Below, one piece after another: positions 25,857 to 38,259 of a stretch of 64,000 nucleotides of DNA. A model generated the notes under the pieces. It was not told the origin of the DNA. It saw only the letters and a program-made list of their open reading frames with translations, and made no database searches. The stretch is from Octopus sinensis (taxonomy: Eukaryota), in the NCBI RefSeq assembly GCF_006345805.1, contig NC_043000.1, forward strand, positions 53,196,001 through 53,260,000. The letters are read 5' to 3'. Numbering within the stretch: position 1 is the stretch's first letter; each line of letters begins with the position of its first letter. The translations under genes and the position numbers were made by a program.

Positions 25857-26769
25857 GAATTCTTAGCAAGCCGGGCAAAACGCTTAGGGTTATTTAGTCC
25901 GTCTTGACGTTGTGAGTTCAGATTCCACCGAAAACGACATTGCATTTCATAGTTTCGGAGGGGATAAAAGAATCACCAGTTGAGCTCTGGGTCGATTTCA
26001 TAGACTTATTCCTACTCCCTAAATTTAGGCGTTCAGTCAAAATTGGAAATGGTTATTAACCGGCGTTCTAAAAATTGGTTTGAGAGACTTACACAATGTG
26101 TGTGCGTATATATTTTTACTGACTAAAACAACCCTGATTCAATAACATTCGTTATAGATGCTTTCTGAATTATGTTATGCCAATAATGAAACAGAATCTG
26201 ATTAGATTCACAATGATAAAGTTTATTTTAAAAAGCCATGTAGCAACAAAATTTATAGAAACACAAAGCACTAACACAAAACTTAAGATGTAGAACAGGT
26301 ACATTGACTGATGAATGATTGCATAATCTGAATGTTATATTTGAAATGGTGTTGAAAAATATGAGAAAAAGAATGAAGTTACTAGTATTAAGATAACATC
26401 AGATAATTATACCTAAGTATAATCAATATATGAATAATGAAATAATTTAAATTTCTTTTCATTCAAAACACATGAACACTTACACAAATGCGCAACGAAC
26501 ATCAAGGTAACAATTACAAAATAGAAATCAAAATAAGCATTCAAACAAGAAATATAGAGATAAATTCTTTTCACAACTTCCTATTTCTCTTCACCGATAA
26601 CTGCTTTGATTGTTACACGCTAACCATTGCATATATACAGCTGCTGCTCTCGTCACTTTCGAACACGTGAAATTCTCCATTTAAAAAAAAAAATTGTGTG
26701 ATCCTACAATAATTTCGATGCAGTATCAATATATTATACACATTCTCTGTCTTCCTCTTATTCTTTCTC

Positions 26770-26848
26770 ACAAACCATATACATATATATATATACATTT
26801 ATATATATATACAAGCATATCAATGTACATACATAAATATATACGTAA

Positions 26849-26940
<92 letters not shown>

Positions 26941-26983
26941 ATATATATATATATATTATATATATATATATGTATGTATGTAA

Positions 26984-27015
<32 letters not shown>

Positions 27016-27580
27016 ATATATGTACATATGTATGTATATATATACATATGTATAAATGTATGCAAATATATACACACATGAAACATAAACATGTGTATCC
27101 ATACAGACATACACAAATATGTGAATATGTGTGTATATATGTGTGTGATTTGTGCGGTAGCTTTGTGCATATGCTTAAACGTAAACGTGTATGTGCTTGT
27201 GTAAACAGAATATACGGGATGCATTATATATCCGAATGATTAGTAATTCAGGAAAAGTATATTTGCTTCGAAATTCTGTAAAAAAAACACTTCTTAAATT
27301 TAATACATTTTCCATCTTTTATTTAAAAAATAATCATACGTACTTTGCTTATATAGATACTGACATCTACATACACTCGCAAGTATGCAGCGAATACATC
27401 TTATCGTTAAGTAGGAACTGTTGTATCCCTACGGCATTTCCTTTTAATGGGCCTCCGAAGGTGGCTTACATGAAACGCACTTCTCACCAACACAGATACA
27501 AACTGTTACATTTACACTTCCAAATACGCTCATACGCTTATCCCACACACTCACGCACACATACGTGTATGCAAATATGT

Positions 27581-27648
<68 letters not shown>

Positions 27649-27766
27649 AGGTACATGTATACATTCGTGTGCATGTGTGTGCGTGTGGTGCATGTGGTAT
27701 GTGTTTGTGTGTCTGTATGTGTGGTTCCGTGTGTGTATGTTTGTTTTTTGCGTTTGTGTGTGTGTG

Positions 27767-27801
<35 letters not shown>

Positions 27802-27850
27802 TGTGTTTGTGTATATGTATGTATTTACGTGTGTGTAAGTGTGTTCGTTT
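26770..27850. repeat. Microsatellite field: (TA)n, (TATG)n, (CA)n, (TG)n
   Basis: Direct reading. All ORFs here are low-complexity artefacts. Confidence 0.9.
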
Positions 27851-29835
27851 GTAAATGTAAGGTGCCCAAACCTTCCCTTCACTTTGAAAGTAAATTTGTT
27901 ATCATATTTCTTTATCGAACCTATTTCGAAAACATTTTATCTGAAACGATATAATACGGATAAGCATTCAAACTAAATTTTGGCAGATATAATATTACAT
28001 TTTCGCCTCCTTTTTTATTTATATTTTTCAATTACAAGCTACTATAGATATGTACATATTTAAACATATATGTATCTATATATAGATAATACTAGCTACT
28101 GATATCGAATACTTTTCTTTAAGAATTGCTGCACATTAACCTCCCCCTCATATTGATTTTGGAAACATATAGGTCCACTGATTTATTTTCTAATTGAAAA
28201 TATCTTACCAAAGGATTGTTAGACAAGTACTATCGATGTTATCCCAGTGAAAACAAAACTACAAATATGGAATAATTTAAGTATTGTTGGAAGCTAAATT
28301 ACTTACAACAGTACAAGAAGCTAAGAGGCCACTTCCAGTTAATAGACTGAAATTTTTATCACACGGATACATTTTATATTTTATTGGCTGAATTTAATCA
28401 GCATAATGTAGCATTAAAATCAATATTTTCTTTTATAGGCAGAAGTATAATTCGTGTCGAAGTTAAGAAGAGTAATTTTCAATGATCCAAGATAATTACG
28501 TTTCAGCAATCAATAAAGAAAAATTCTACCTTGAAACAATTTCAGTTTAGGACTAAGAAATGTTAATACATAGTATTTTCATTTACATCACTGCTTTAAT
28601 GTTTCAGTTTATATAGTTAAGTGGCCCATGGTTATTTCATGTATGAAAGAATAGAGTGAACTGGTATTTTACATTTTTATCAGATCGCATTCTCGACAAA
28701 CGAAATGGTTTCTTCACAGTTGTTCAGCCAGCTAACTATAGAGAAAAATTGCCATGAAATTGCAGATATAATAATATGTGAAAAAAGAAAACATTTTGCT
28801 TCATGTTGCAAAATCAGATCTAAAAGTGCCTAGAAGATCATAACACAGATTCCATTGAATATAAATCACTCCATTGAGTAAATTATATGAGGGAAAAATC
28901 AGCAGCATCACATATTTCCTATTAAGATATTTAGGTAAGTAGTATCGACTATAGGAATGGTTTCTTCTTTATAAAATAGTTCCTAACAAATATTGCCAAA
29001 ATCAACATCTTCAAAAACTACAGTCTCTAAGGAGATTAAGAAAAAAGAACCGGTTGAACACAAAACAAATACTGTACGCTACTAAAAAAAAACGAATAAC
29101 CAAAAGTTATAATGTTTCAAATCCTAACAACCTTACACAACGTAACCTGCAAGCTAAAGGTTTTATAATTTAGCAGATAAAACTAAACCTTGCAAACCTA
29201 AAACCACTAGAATTCATCTTAAGGACCGTAAACCTAATTTTTACACCAACCCTACACTTAAACTAATTTGCCCCTTCAAATAGGACCTCAGGAGGATCAG
29301 TAAGCATATCATAGATATGACCATGCATCACACTTAGGAATGACATTAAGCTTAAACTATGGTCTAGTTGATATGAGGTAACTGACTGGTTCTACTAAAA
29401 TTCCAGATAAAAAATGTAACTTTCATGCAAATATACATAACTATTACGTTACAATTAATGCTATCCTCTTAAACAAGGCAATGTTTCGTATGAAAGACTA
29501 GAGATTTACTAGAGTAGAGTTAGACTTTATGCTAGTGGTAAGGAAAGTAATTATCAAATTTGAGGATAAGTACTCGGTGAGAAAGGATAGACCAGAGATG
29601 TTCGATATAACTATGGAATCGGCAGATTGTGCCCATGAAATAGGAGGGGGTCTATAGATAGATGATGTACTTTTCATGGTTGAAGCCTTCAAACCGAGAG
29701 AGAAAAATATAGGAAAAATTTTTTAAGTTTTTAAAAAAAAATCATACGACTTTCAATATCAATAGAAGAGGAGCATAACTCAGTTAGTTTTCTTGATGTT
29801 AATTTAAAACTAATTACAGGCATAGACAGGCCACT

Positions 29836-29981
29836 ATTTACATTATTTACAATTTATGGATATTTGTCCTCATCCTGTTTGTTATTAAGACAACGCTTCG
29901 TCTGATATACCCTCCAGCCTTCATTAGGTGTCTTGGGAAAATCTCGAACCTGAGTTCTCATTCCAAAGGCATTTTTGGATG

Positions 29982-29985
<4 letters not shown>
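29836..29985 (-). mobile_element. HHR family 1 body (degenerate copy) following (AAT)n
   Basis: Minus strand: aacatccaaaaatgcctttggaatgagaactcaggttcgagattttcccaa gacac CTAATGA A ggctg-gagggtatat-cagac GAAGC GTT gtctt...gaggacaaatatcc. Same family as 55300-55700. Confidence 0.8.
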
Positions 29986-30057
<72 letters not shown>

Positions 30058-30084
30058 TTTATTTTCTATTTTTTTTTATAGCAG

Positions 30085-30609
30085 TACCAGGCAGTGGCTC
30101 TCGTGGCTTCTGGCCTTAACTGATTAGAAGTGTTATCATGTACATTGTTTTGTCTTGGTATAAAAGATGTGCTACAGCAAATATTCTGCTCAATACCAGA
30201 GATTTTCTTGTCAGTTGTTTGACCGTAACCAGTTCAGCATGTCCCTTAGTGGCTGACGATATGTTCATCTCTGATAACGAGCAGAAGTAGTGGGGGAGCA
30301 TCATAGCCATGTGTTGAGTGGGATTCTTTGCGGTTTGAATAATTCACCTCTGGAAACATGGTTGTTTCGGTCAACATCCTTAAACAGCCCTTATTCAGTG
30401 ACCTTTTGAGCGGGATGAGTTACTCGACCAGAAGAAAATTCTAACTGGACCCCACCTGCAACTTGATATGAGATCACCATGTCGCGCCCACATGGTTGTG
30501 CTTCATGTGCCTAGTGTACCCTTATCAGACGGGTAGTCGTGATGGGTATACTGGGCTTCGTATATTTTACCCCAGTTTCACTTTGATGGCATGCACTGCT
30601 CTCTCACTC

Positions 30610-30610
<1 letters not shown>
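30085..30610 (+). mobile_element. Unclassified ~530-bp GC-richer interspersed-repeat-like block ending in an (AAT)n tail
   Basis: Bounded by (TTA)n and (AAT)n and ends ...gcactgctctctcactc(aat)n. Single copy in the window, so the class is uncertain; possibly a 3' UTR or derivative of a (TAA)n-targeting non-LTR element. Confidence 0.4.
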
Positions 30611-30661
<51 letters not shown>

Positions 30662-30720
30662 TTAATAATAATAATAATAACATCAAAAAATGCCTTAGCG
30701 ATGAGAACCCAGGTTCGAAA
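30610..30720 (+). mobile_element. (AAT)n followed by the first ~50 bp of the HHR family 1 body
   Basis: aacatcaaaaaatgccttagcgatgagaacccaggttcgaaa, truncated before the ribozyme. Confidence 0.75.
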
Positions 30721-31838
30721 CTCAATGGCGTAATAGGAACCAACTAAATAGGTTACACACTTTTACAAAAGGTTTAGGTAGAAACAGAAACACATACCTC
30801 CGTAACGTTGTCACCTCTAGCTATTTCGAATGGTATATAATTCCCTTAAGAAAACAAAACAAAACAAAAAAATCCAATATAGCAAAATTGTTTATTCGGC
30901 ATCGACTGAATATTATCCAAAAGACAGTAAATACTAATAGCATTTTTTTATATAAATATAGATTTAAACTAGATTTTTCTAATAGCAAAAATCTTGCATA
31001 AATTATAGCAGCACACAGCGCTAGTAAATTTAGCATTTTCGATATGAACAATAGTAACGAGAGTTATGATTATAGATCAATGAATAGCAGCAATGTCAAC
31101 AAGAGCGAACAAACCATAAGTAACACAACTATGTATCAAGATAGGAATTATGGCTTAACAATCAATAAAATAGAAGAGACCCGAGTGAACTCCGTTATTA
31201 GCATGGAAATAGAAAATGTGAATTCTGAAAAGCGCATTACTCAGAATGTTGTCTATATGCAAAAACTGACAGCTTAGAAGATACATAGGAGAATATAGAA
31301 ATCACATCTAGAGAATGTCAAGTAGATATTATTAATAGAAGTCCAGTGAGGCTGGAGGAGTCATCTATAAAGCTACGGTGACACTTAACCTGCTCTCCGC
31401 ATTTCCAGCAATGTGCCATCCAACAGCAATATTAAGAGAGTAACCAGATCCCATGCCAGTACAATAGACACAGCAAGAGATTGGGACCAGTTCGTGTCCA
31501 GCGTCAAAGGGGATGTTACCGACGACCCTAGTACCACCACCACAGTTGATGAACAAACAATTGTCATAGACACAGACAGAATGCCTAGCCCCGCACATTT
31601 ACGAATTAATTTCTCAGCGGGCAGTTTAGCTTAATGATAAAGCATTCAGCCGGAGTCTTCTATGAAGATGCGTCCCGTGGCTCTTTGTTGACATTTTTTT
31701 CGTCTTGTATGGGTATTTTACCCAATATCTCTACTGTTCTAACGGTGTTTCTGCATTACAAAATAAATTATCTTTTTTGTATGTTACAATTCACATTTCG
31801 ACATTTATATATAATAAAGAACAAATGTTAGTCTGTTG

Positions 31839-31909
<71 letters not shown>

Positions 31910-32041
31910 GTGCATGTGTATATACACTTATATGTAAGTGTATATATGTATATGTACTTATTCTTGTATATGTGTACCTTCTCTAATATTCATATTTGCA
32001 CTTTATGCCTTAATTTTATACTTCTGTAACTGTACTTTATA

Positions 32042-32171
32042 ATCTCTGAAGAGGCCTTGGGATATATATATATATAAGTATCTCATTTATAACCACATAT
32101 TACCTTAATGCACCTGGCTAATATTAGCATAATGAGATACTCTTATCTACATGGCTGAGACAGCTGTAAGA
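32042..32171 (+). ncRNA. Type-I hammerhead-like motif, family 3, with a very long stem II
   Basis: atct CTGAAGA ggcc ...about 96 nt containing an 11-bp agtatctcatt/aatgagatact stem... ggct GAGAC AGCT GTA agat. One core change (GAAA to GAGA). Confidence 0.6.
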
Positions 32172-32390
32172 TCCATTTTATATTTATATTTATTTATACG
32201 TATTGTACTTATGGTATTATATTACTCATTGATGTGTACTGTTTTATTCTGTATTATTATGTTTGATCTGGATGTTCCTATATTATTAGTTAATAAATTA
32301 TATGAATTGGTATTATCTAGTAGCTGATGATTGATTAAAATATATTCCTCTATATTTCTTATTTTGTATATATATATATATATTTATATA

Positions 32391-32742
32391 TTGGTGAAGG
32401 CATATGGCCTAGTGCTTCGGGTGCTCCTCGTGAAATCGTGGTTTCGGCTCGTAGATTAGATGGTGTATTTTGCTCTTGAGCAAAACACTTCATCTCACTT
32501 TGGTCTGCGATCACTTCCACACCAGACTTGTGATACACTGTGTATCTATTCAGACAAATGAGATGTGATGGAGAGAGTGAACTAATGTACAGCGTATATA
32601 ATAGATCACTATAAAAAGATCATTTCATTTGTGCAGGTCCTTCAGCAATAGCTGAATACTCATGCGTCGTCTCGATTGGAAAGTCCATGCATACACACTT
32701 ACATACATACATACATGCATACATACATCATACATACATACA

Positions 32743-32775
<33 letters not shown>

Positions 32776-32780
32776 GCATT

Positions 32781-32835
<55 letters not shown>

Positions 32836-33167
32836 TGGTGAAGGCATATGGCCTAGTGCTTCGGGTGCTCCTCGTGAAATCGTGGTTTCGGCTCGTAGAT
32901 TAGATGGTGTATTTTGCTCTTGAGCAAAATACTTCATCTCACTTTGGTCTGCGATCACTTCCACACCAGACTTGTGATACACTGTGTATCTATTCAGACA
33001 AATGAGATGTGATGGAGAGAGTGAACTAATGTACAGCATATATAATAGATCACTATAAAAAGATCATTTCATTCGTGCAGGTCCTTCAGCAATAGCTGAA
33101 TACTCATGCGTCGTCTCGATTGGAAAGTCCATGCATACACACTTACATACATACATACATGCATACA

Positions 33168-33200
<33 letters not shown>

Positions 33201-33205
33201 GCATT

Positions 33206-33260
<55 letters not shown>
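32391..33260 (+). repeat. Tandem duplication (period 444 bp) of a type-C tRNA-derived SINE plus (TACA)n/(TA)n
   Basis: ttggtgaaggcatatggcctagtg starts at 32391 and 32835. Three substitutions seen in about 300 bp of unique sequence. Confidence 0.92.
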
Positions 33261-33599
33261 TATTAAAAGTTAAGATGATTCTTGCTTGCTTGCTAGCAAC
33301 AATGTTACACGGCCAAACTGACGCAAATAATTTGAAAGTAAAGCGCCCCTGAAATGTGAATATGAACAGAATACAACAAGTTACATGTAAATCAGACCAG
33401 TAATTATTGAGATATTCGCAGTTTTGAGGTATAAAAACCCAAAAAGACGCATAATGGGAAAATACTCTGAAAATAACTTCAAACTGAAAGGAAAGAAACT
33501 CTAAGCTCTCCAATAGACACATTATGATAGGTAAAATAGTTTTTAGTGAAATTGACTTTAAAAATACGGTAAACACTTCGTACAAGAACCGTTCGTAAC

Positions 33600-33860
33600 G
33601 TCGGTGCGAAATAGCTGTTTTTTCATAGTTTTATTTCGAGAGCTTTCAACGTATCTGTCCTCCAAAGATTTGGCTGCTATTTCTAGCACACCCTACCACC
33701 ACATAGCTATTTGCGATAAAGAACCCCCGAATACCTGATACGTGGTAGCAGGGCGTGCAAGAAAAGCAGCTAAATCTTTCCTTTTCTGGGGTAAGGGGCC
33801 GTTCTCGCGTGATTTCGACGTTACACTCGTTGCAAGCATACGAAATAACATGGAAAAGAA
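33600..33860. repeat. Divergent inverted pair of a short repeat (ggtag..gggtgtgctagaaatagcagccaaat)
   Basis: Minus copy at about 33600-33730, plus copy at about 33740-33860, and a third copy at 37900-38040. Confidence 0.65.
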
Positions 33861-33956
33861 AAAAAACCACAAACCATGACTCCGTTGCTGAGAAACTCAG
33901 ACTTTTCCGATGACCCGACAGTTTACAGGTAATCAAGTGTGTGTGTGTGTGTTTGT

Positions 33957-34019
<63 letters not shown>

Positions 34020-34159
34020 TTTCTGTGTACGTGTGTATGTATATTCTAGTATATGAAATATAAATTACACAAAATGGTTAAGAGGGATATGTAATCGAAG
34101 CGGGTACCGTACTCGCCCTTATCCGTTAATAATAGTGGCTAACATCAGTGAATGTATAT

Positions 34160-34273
34160 CTATACGGCCATATCACGACGAATGCACCGGTCCTAGTCCA
34201 AAATCTGACGTTAAACAACGTTGAAACTAGTGAGTACTTAGGTGACTGCTTCGGAACCTAGGTGCTGTAACCA
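34160..34273 (+). pseudogene. 5S rRNA pseudogene, near full length
   Basis: tacggccatatcacgacgaatgcaccggtcctagtcc...gttaaacaacgttgaaactagtgagtactta-ggtgactgcttcggaacctaggtgctgta is colinear with animal 5S rRNA. Many substitutions and a short deletion in the box C region. Confidence 0.85.
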
Positions 34274-34284
34274 TCTCATACTTT

Positions 34285-34675
34285 TAATAGGCTCAGGTTT
34301 GGCTGTGTTGTAAGAAGTTTGCTTCCCAACTACATGGTTTCGGTTTCAATCGCACTGCGTGGCGCCTTGCTCAAGTGTCTTCTATAACTTCGGGCCGACC
34401 AAAGCCTTTTGAGTGGATTTCGTAGGCAGAAACTCTGTGTGTGTGTGTGCGTGTGTGTATGTGTGTCTGTGTCTGTGTGTGTGTGTTTCTATTTGTCTCT
34501 CACATCACCGTTTGACAACTGGTGTTGGTAAGTTTACGTTCCCGTAACTTAGCAGTTCAGCAAAAGAATTCGATACAATAACACATCGGGTCGATTTGTT
34601 CGGCTAAAACTCTTCCAGGTGGTGTTCCAGCATGACCGCAGTGAAATGACTGAAACAAATAAAAGAATAAAAGAA
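34285..34675 (+). mobile_element. Type-B SINE (CORE/OR-like) with internal (TG)n
   Basis: ggctgtgttgtaagaag...gcgccttgctcaagtgtcttc...ccagcatgaccgcagtgaaatgactgaaac, with an (aataaaag)n tail. Confidence 0.85.
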
Positions 34676-34914
34676 TATAAATCCGTCTGATTTGCAATTT
34701 ACTAGGTAAACTACAGAAACCGATAATTTCACTTTAGGAGACACATATTTCCAATACGACCCTCCCACTTGTAAGATGCCATTACATTTGGCCATTGTCC
34801 ATGAAACTAATTAGCTAATTAATTCAGTAAGTAATTAATTGTTTGAACCCATGTTTCATTAATTAAACGATAATTTCAACTGCAACCCTCCATCACGTTT
34901 GGAAGCTTATTAAT

Positions 34915-35147
34915 ACCTATTTCTTTATTACCCACTAGGGGCTAAACATAGAGGGGACAAACAAAGACAGACATAGGTATTAAGTCGATTACATCGACCC
35001 CAGTGCGTAACTGGTACTTAATTTATCGACCCCGAAAGGATGAGCGGCAAAGTCGACCTCGACGGAATTTGAACTCAGAACATAGCGGCAGACGAAATAC
35101 GCAAAGCATTTTGCCCGGTGTGCTAACGTCTCTGCCAGCTCGCCGCC
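34915..35147 (-). mobile_element. Full-length type-A SINE
   Basis: Reverse complement of ggcggcgagctggcagagacgttagcac...aaagaaataggtatt. Confidence 0.9.
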
Positions 35148-35559
35148 ACCCTGACTTCACTTCCTTTCATTCTGCCATAATATGTCTTACTACAGTGTGC
35201 ATGTTATATTTTAGATGGCGTATTTACCAGTAGCATTATGCTTTGTACTTCCTTGTGCTTGTTGTTTGTTGTAGTTTGTATATATTGTGAAGATATAAAT
35301 TTGCCGTTGTCGGCTTGCATTCTACTCAAATCGGAAACTACGGAAAGCCTATGGTCTTTCATGATTGACGTCACATAGACTGTAGACATTTTTTTAAAGT
35401 ACAGTACCTTCTAAACAATCCGCTTTTATAGATCAATAATTGTAATCGGTTGTAGAGTTTCCAAATTAGCATTCGTCATAATTGCAGGCGTGTGTTATAA
35501 ATTGAATGACGAATTGAATACGCTTCAGTAATAAAAGTGTAAAATTATATTTAGGACAT

Positions 35560-35975
35560 TCTTTTATTCTTTTACTTTTTTCAATCATTTGACTGCGGCC
35601 TTGCTAGAGCATCGCGTTTTAGTCAAGCATATCGATTCCAGGACTTATCTTTGTAAATCTAGGACTTATTTTATCGGTTTCATTTGCCGAACCGCCAAGT
35701 TACAGATGCATAAACACACAAACATCGGTTGTTAAGCGATGCTAGGGGAAGTTACAAACACACACACACATACACACAAACACACACATATACATACGCA
35801 CACACATATATACGACAGGCTTCTTTTAGTTTCTGTCTACCAAATCCACTCACAAGGCTTTGGTCGGCCTGAGGGTATAGAAGAAGACACTTGCCCAAGG
35901 TGCTACACAGCGGAACTGAACCCGGAACCATGTGGTTGATAAGCAAGCTACTTACCACACAGCCTCTCCTGCGCC
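35560..35975 (-). mobile_element. Type-B SINE
   Basis: cacttgcccaaggtgctacacagcggaactgaacccggaaccatgtggttg...accacacagcc. Confidence 0.88.
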
Positions 35976-37079
35976 TTTCATGTTATTTTTTTAAATAATA
36001 CTGCTGTAAACTTGTTATTATCTATCGCCTCAATGGAGTGACACAATAAGATATTTACCGACAACATTATTATAATTACCTCTTCATCTTCCGTAACATT
36101 ATGATACCATATTTCACGATCTGTCTTCCAGTAGCAGTAGCGTTACCGGTAGCAGATAAAAATCGAGGCAATATATTTATAGACTAAGCACACTACAGAA
36201 CATATCTATGAATAAACATCACACTAATACAGTAGAAAACAGAAGGTTATAGAGTATTGTATTCCATACGCTATGTTAAGAACTAACATAGCTATGAATT
36301 CCATCGATACGCTAAGAAAAAAAGATACGTAGAGAAAAAACACCATAGATTCTTAAATAAATTTACAACGGAATACTCATAATTATCAACAAGTAACTTA
36401 CAGAATGAAACTGACTCCGCTATTTGCATTAAAATTAGCATGTACAATGAATATAACAATAATCCAACGGGAAATGCAAACGCGCTTATTCATACGTACA
36501 ATAACGGAAACCTAAGCTTAAATTGAAACATTTGAAACACCATTAATAAGGCTATAGGTAAAGATTCTGGAAATAAAAAGAAGAATAGGGTACTCATCCT
36601 AACAGCAGCGATTCTCAAAATATTTATTTCTAGCTGGGGACGCCGTACCATGAACGATGTTGAAAAGATAAAGAATTCTTACTCTGAACCGGATCTTCTA
36701 TTTCTACGCAGGATAATAAAAATATAAGCAGTAACAATATTCATTCTAAAGGCGATAACATTAAAAATAAGCAGAATACCGTGTTTTTGTTTTTTGTTGT
36801 TTGTTTTTCTATTATAACCCACACAGAAACACTTAAAAATTCATGTAAATTGCTAATATAATTTCTGCTCCACCATTTAACCTTTCATTTTCGTAACTTC
36901 CACCGAACCTTTCCCAGAGCTTCAATTGCGAAATGATCGGAGTCAATGCAGTTGGCTACAATAGGATTCTCTTCAAAGCTCTCTTTTTCGTTTTATGAAC
37001 TTAAAAAGATTTAAATACTGGTTGCATATCGTGCATTTTAACTGGTAGTATATATATATATATATATATATAATTCTCA

Positions 37080-37120
<41 letters not shown>

Positions 37121-37301
37121 CCCTATGCATTCTGAAATGACTGCACCATATCAAATCATATTTTACAAGTGTCAACATGTAATTTTACTTTCTATTTGAA
37201 TTAAAACAATATAACCTTTTCTCGAAAATAATATTTCTATAGTCACATATGGTAGCACATTTTATACTACGGCGACGACAACGACGTCTCATTTTGTATA
37301 C

Positions 37302-37380
37302 GAGTGTGTATGTGTCTGCGAGTGTTTGTATGTGTCTGCGTTTGTTTGTATGTGTCTGCGAGTGTTTGTATGTGTTTGCG
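37302..37380. repeat. 20-bp minisatellite, (GAGTGTTTGTATGTGTCTGC) x4
   Basis: Direct reading of the sequence. Confidence 0.8.
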
Positions 37381-37899
37381 CGTTATTTGCTTACGAGATA
37401 GTAAAGGACATTTTATACCATGATGTCGACGACACATTTCTATCATTCTGTCTTCATTCTGTCAATCATTCTGTCCAGCGTTTACCTTTGTAACGATTTC
37501 TGCCGTCAAAAAAATTATTATAGCTACTTTCATTGTTTACAATCTTCTGTACCGGTGTATTTGTGTACACCAATATATACACAAAATGCTAGAAAGGTTA
37601 AAAGGTCAAACAAAAACGTTGTACCGGCGTATTTTTGTATCATTAAATTACCATGCTGTAACAGCTACTTCATTGTTTACAGTTGTCTGTACCGGTGTAT
37701 GTATGTATCAGTAAATAACCATGGGTAAATATTTCGTAAAGGACCTGTTCATACCACACTGTGAAATAAATATTTTCTACACTTTTTTTCGAGTGCATTC
37801 AATGTATCTGACCTCCAAACCCCGCACAAGCCACACTTTTTTCTGGAAAACAAAGCGGGTGAAGGGTCAAAAAATGATTTCACAGCGAAATATCAGCGA

Positions 37900-38040
37900 G
37901 TCCTTTATCGCAAATAGCGGTTACGTGGTAGAAGGGTGTGCTAGAAATAGCAACCAATTTCATTTCCTCTTCTGAGGAAAGGTGCTGTTTACGCGTGATT
38001 TCGATGTCACATTCGTTGAAAGTATGCGAAAAAACTATGT
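37900..38040 (+). repeat. Third copy of the 33600-33860 repeat family
   Basis: ctttatcgcaaatagc..gtggtagaagggtgtgctagaaatagcaaccaaat..cgcgtgatttcga. Confidence 0.65.
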
Positions 38041-38180
38041 TGGTGGGAAAATCTGGGGTATATGTGTGTGTGCATGTATGTATGTATGTATGCGTGTGTA
38101 TTCGCGCGTGTATTATCTAATATATGTATAGGGATAGATAGATAGATAGATAGATAGGTATATATCTATCTATCTCCCTG

Positions 38181-38211
<31 letters not shown>

Positions 38212-38259
38212 CCTCCTCTCTCCTCTCCCCCTCCCCTCCTCTCTCTTCTCTCCCCCTCT

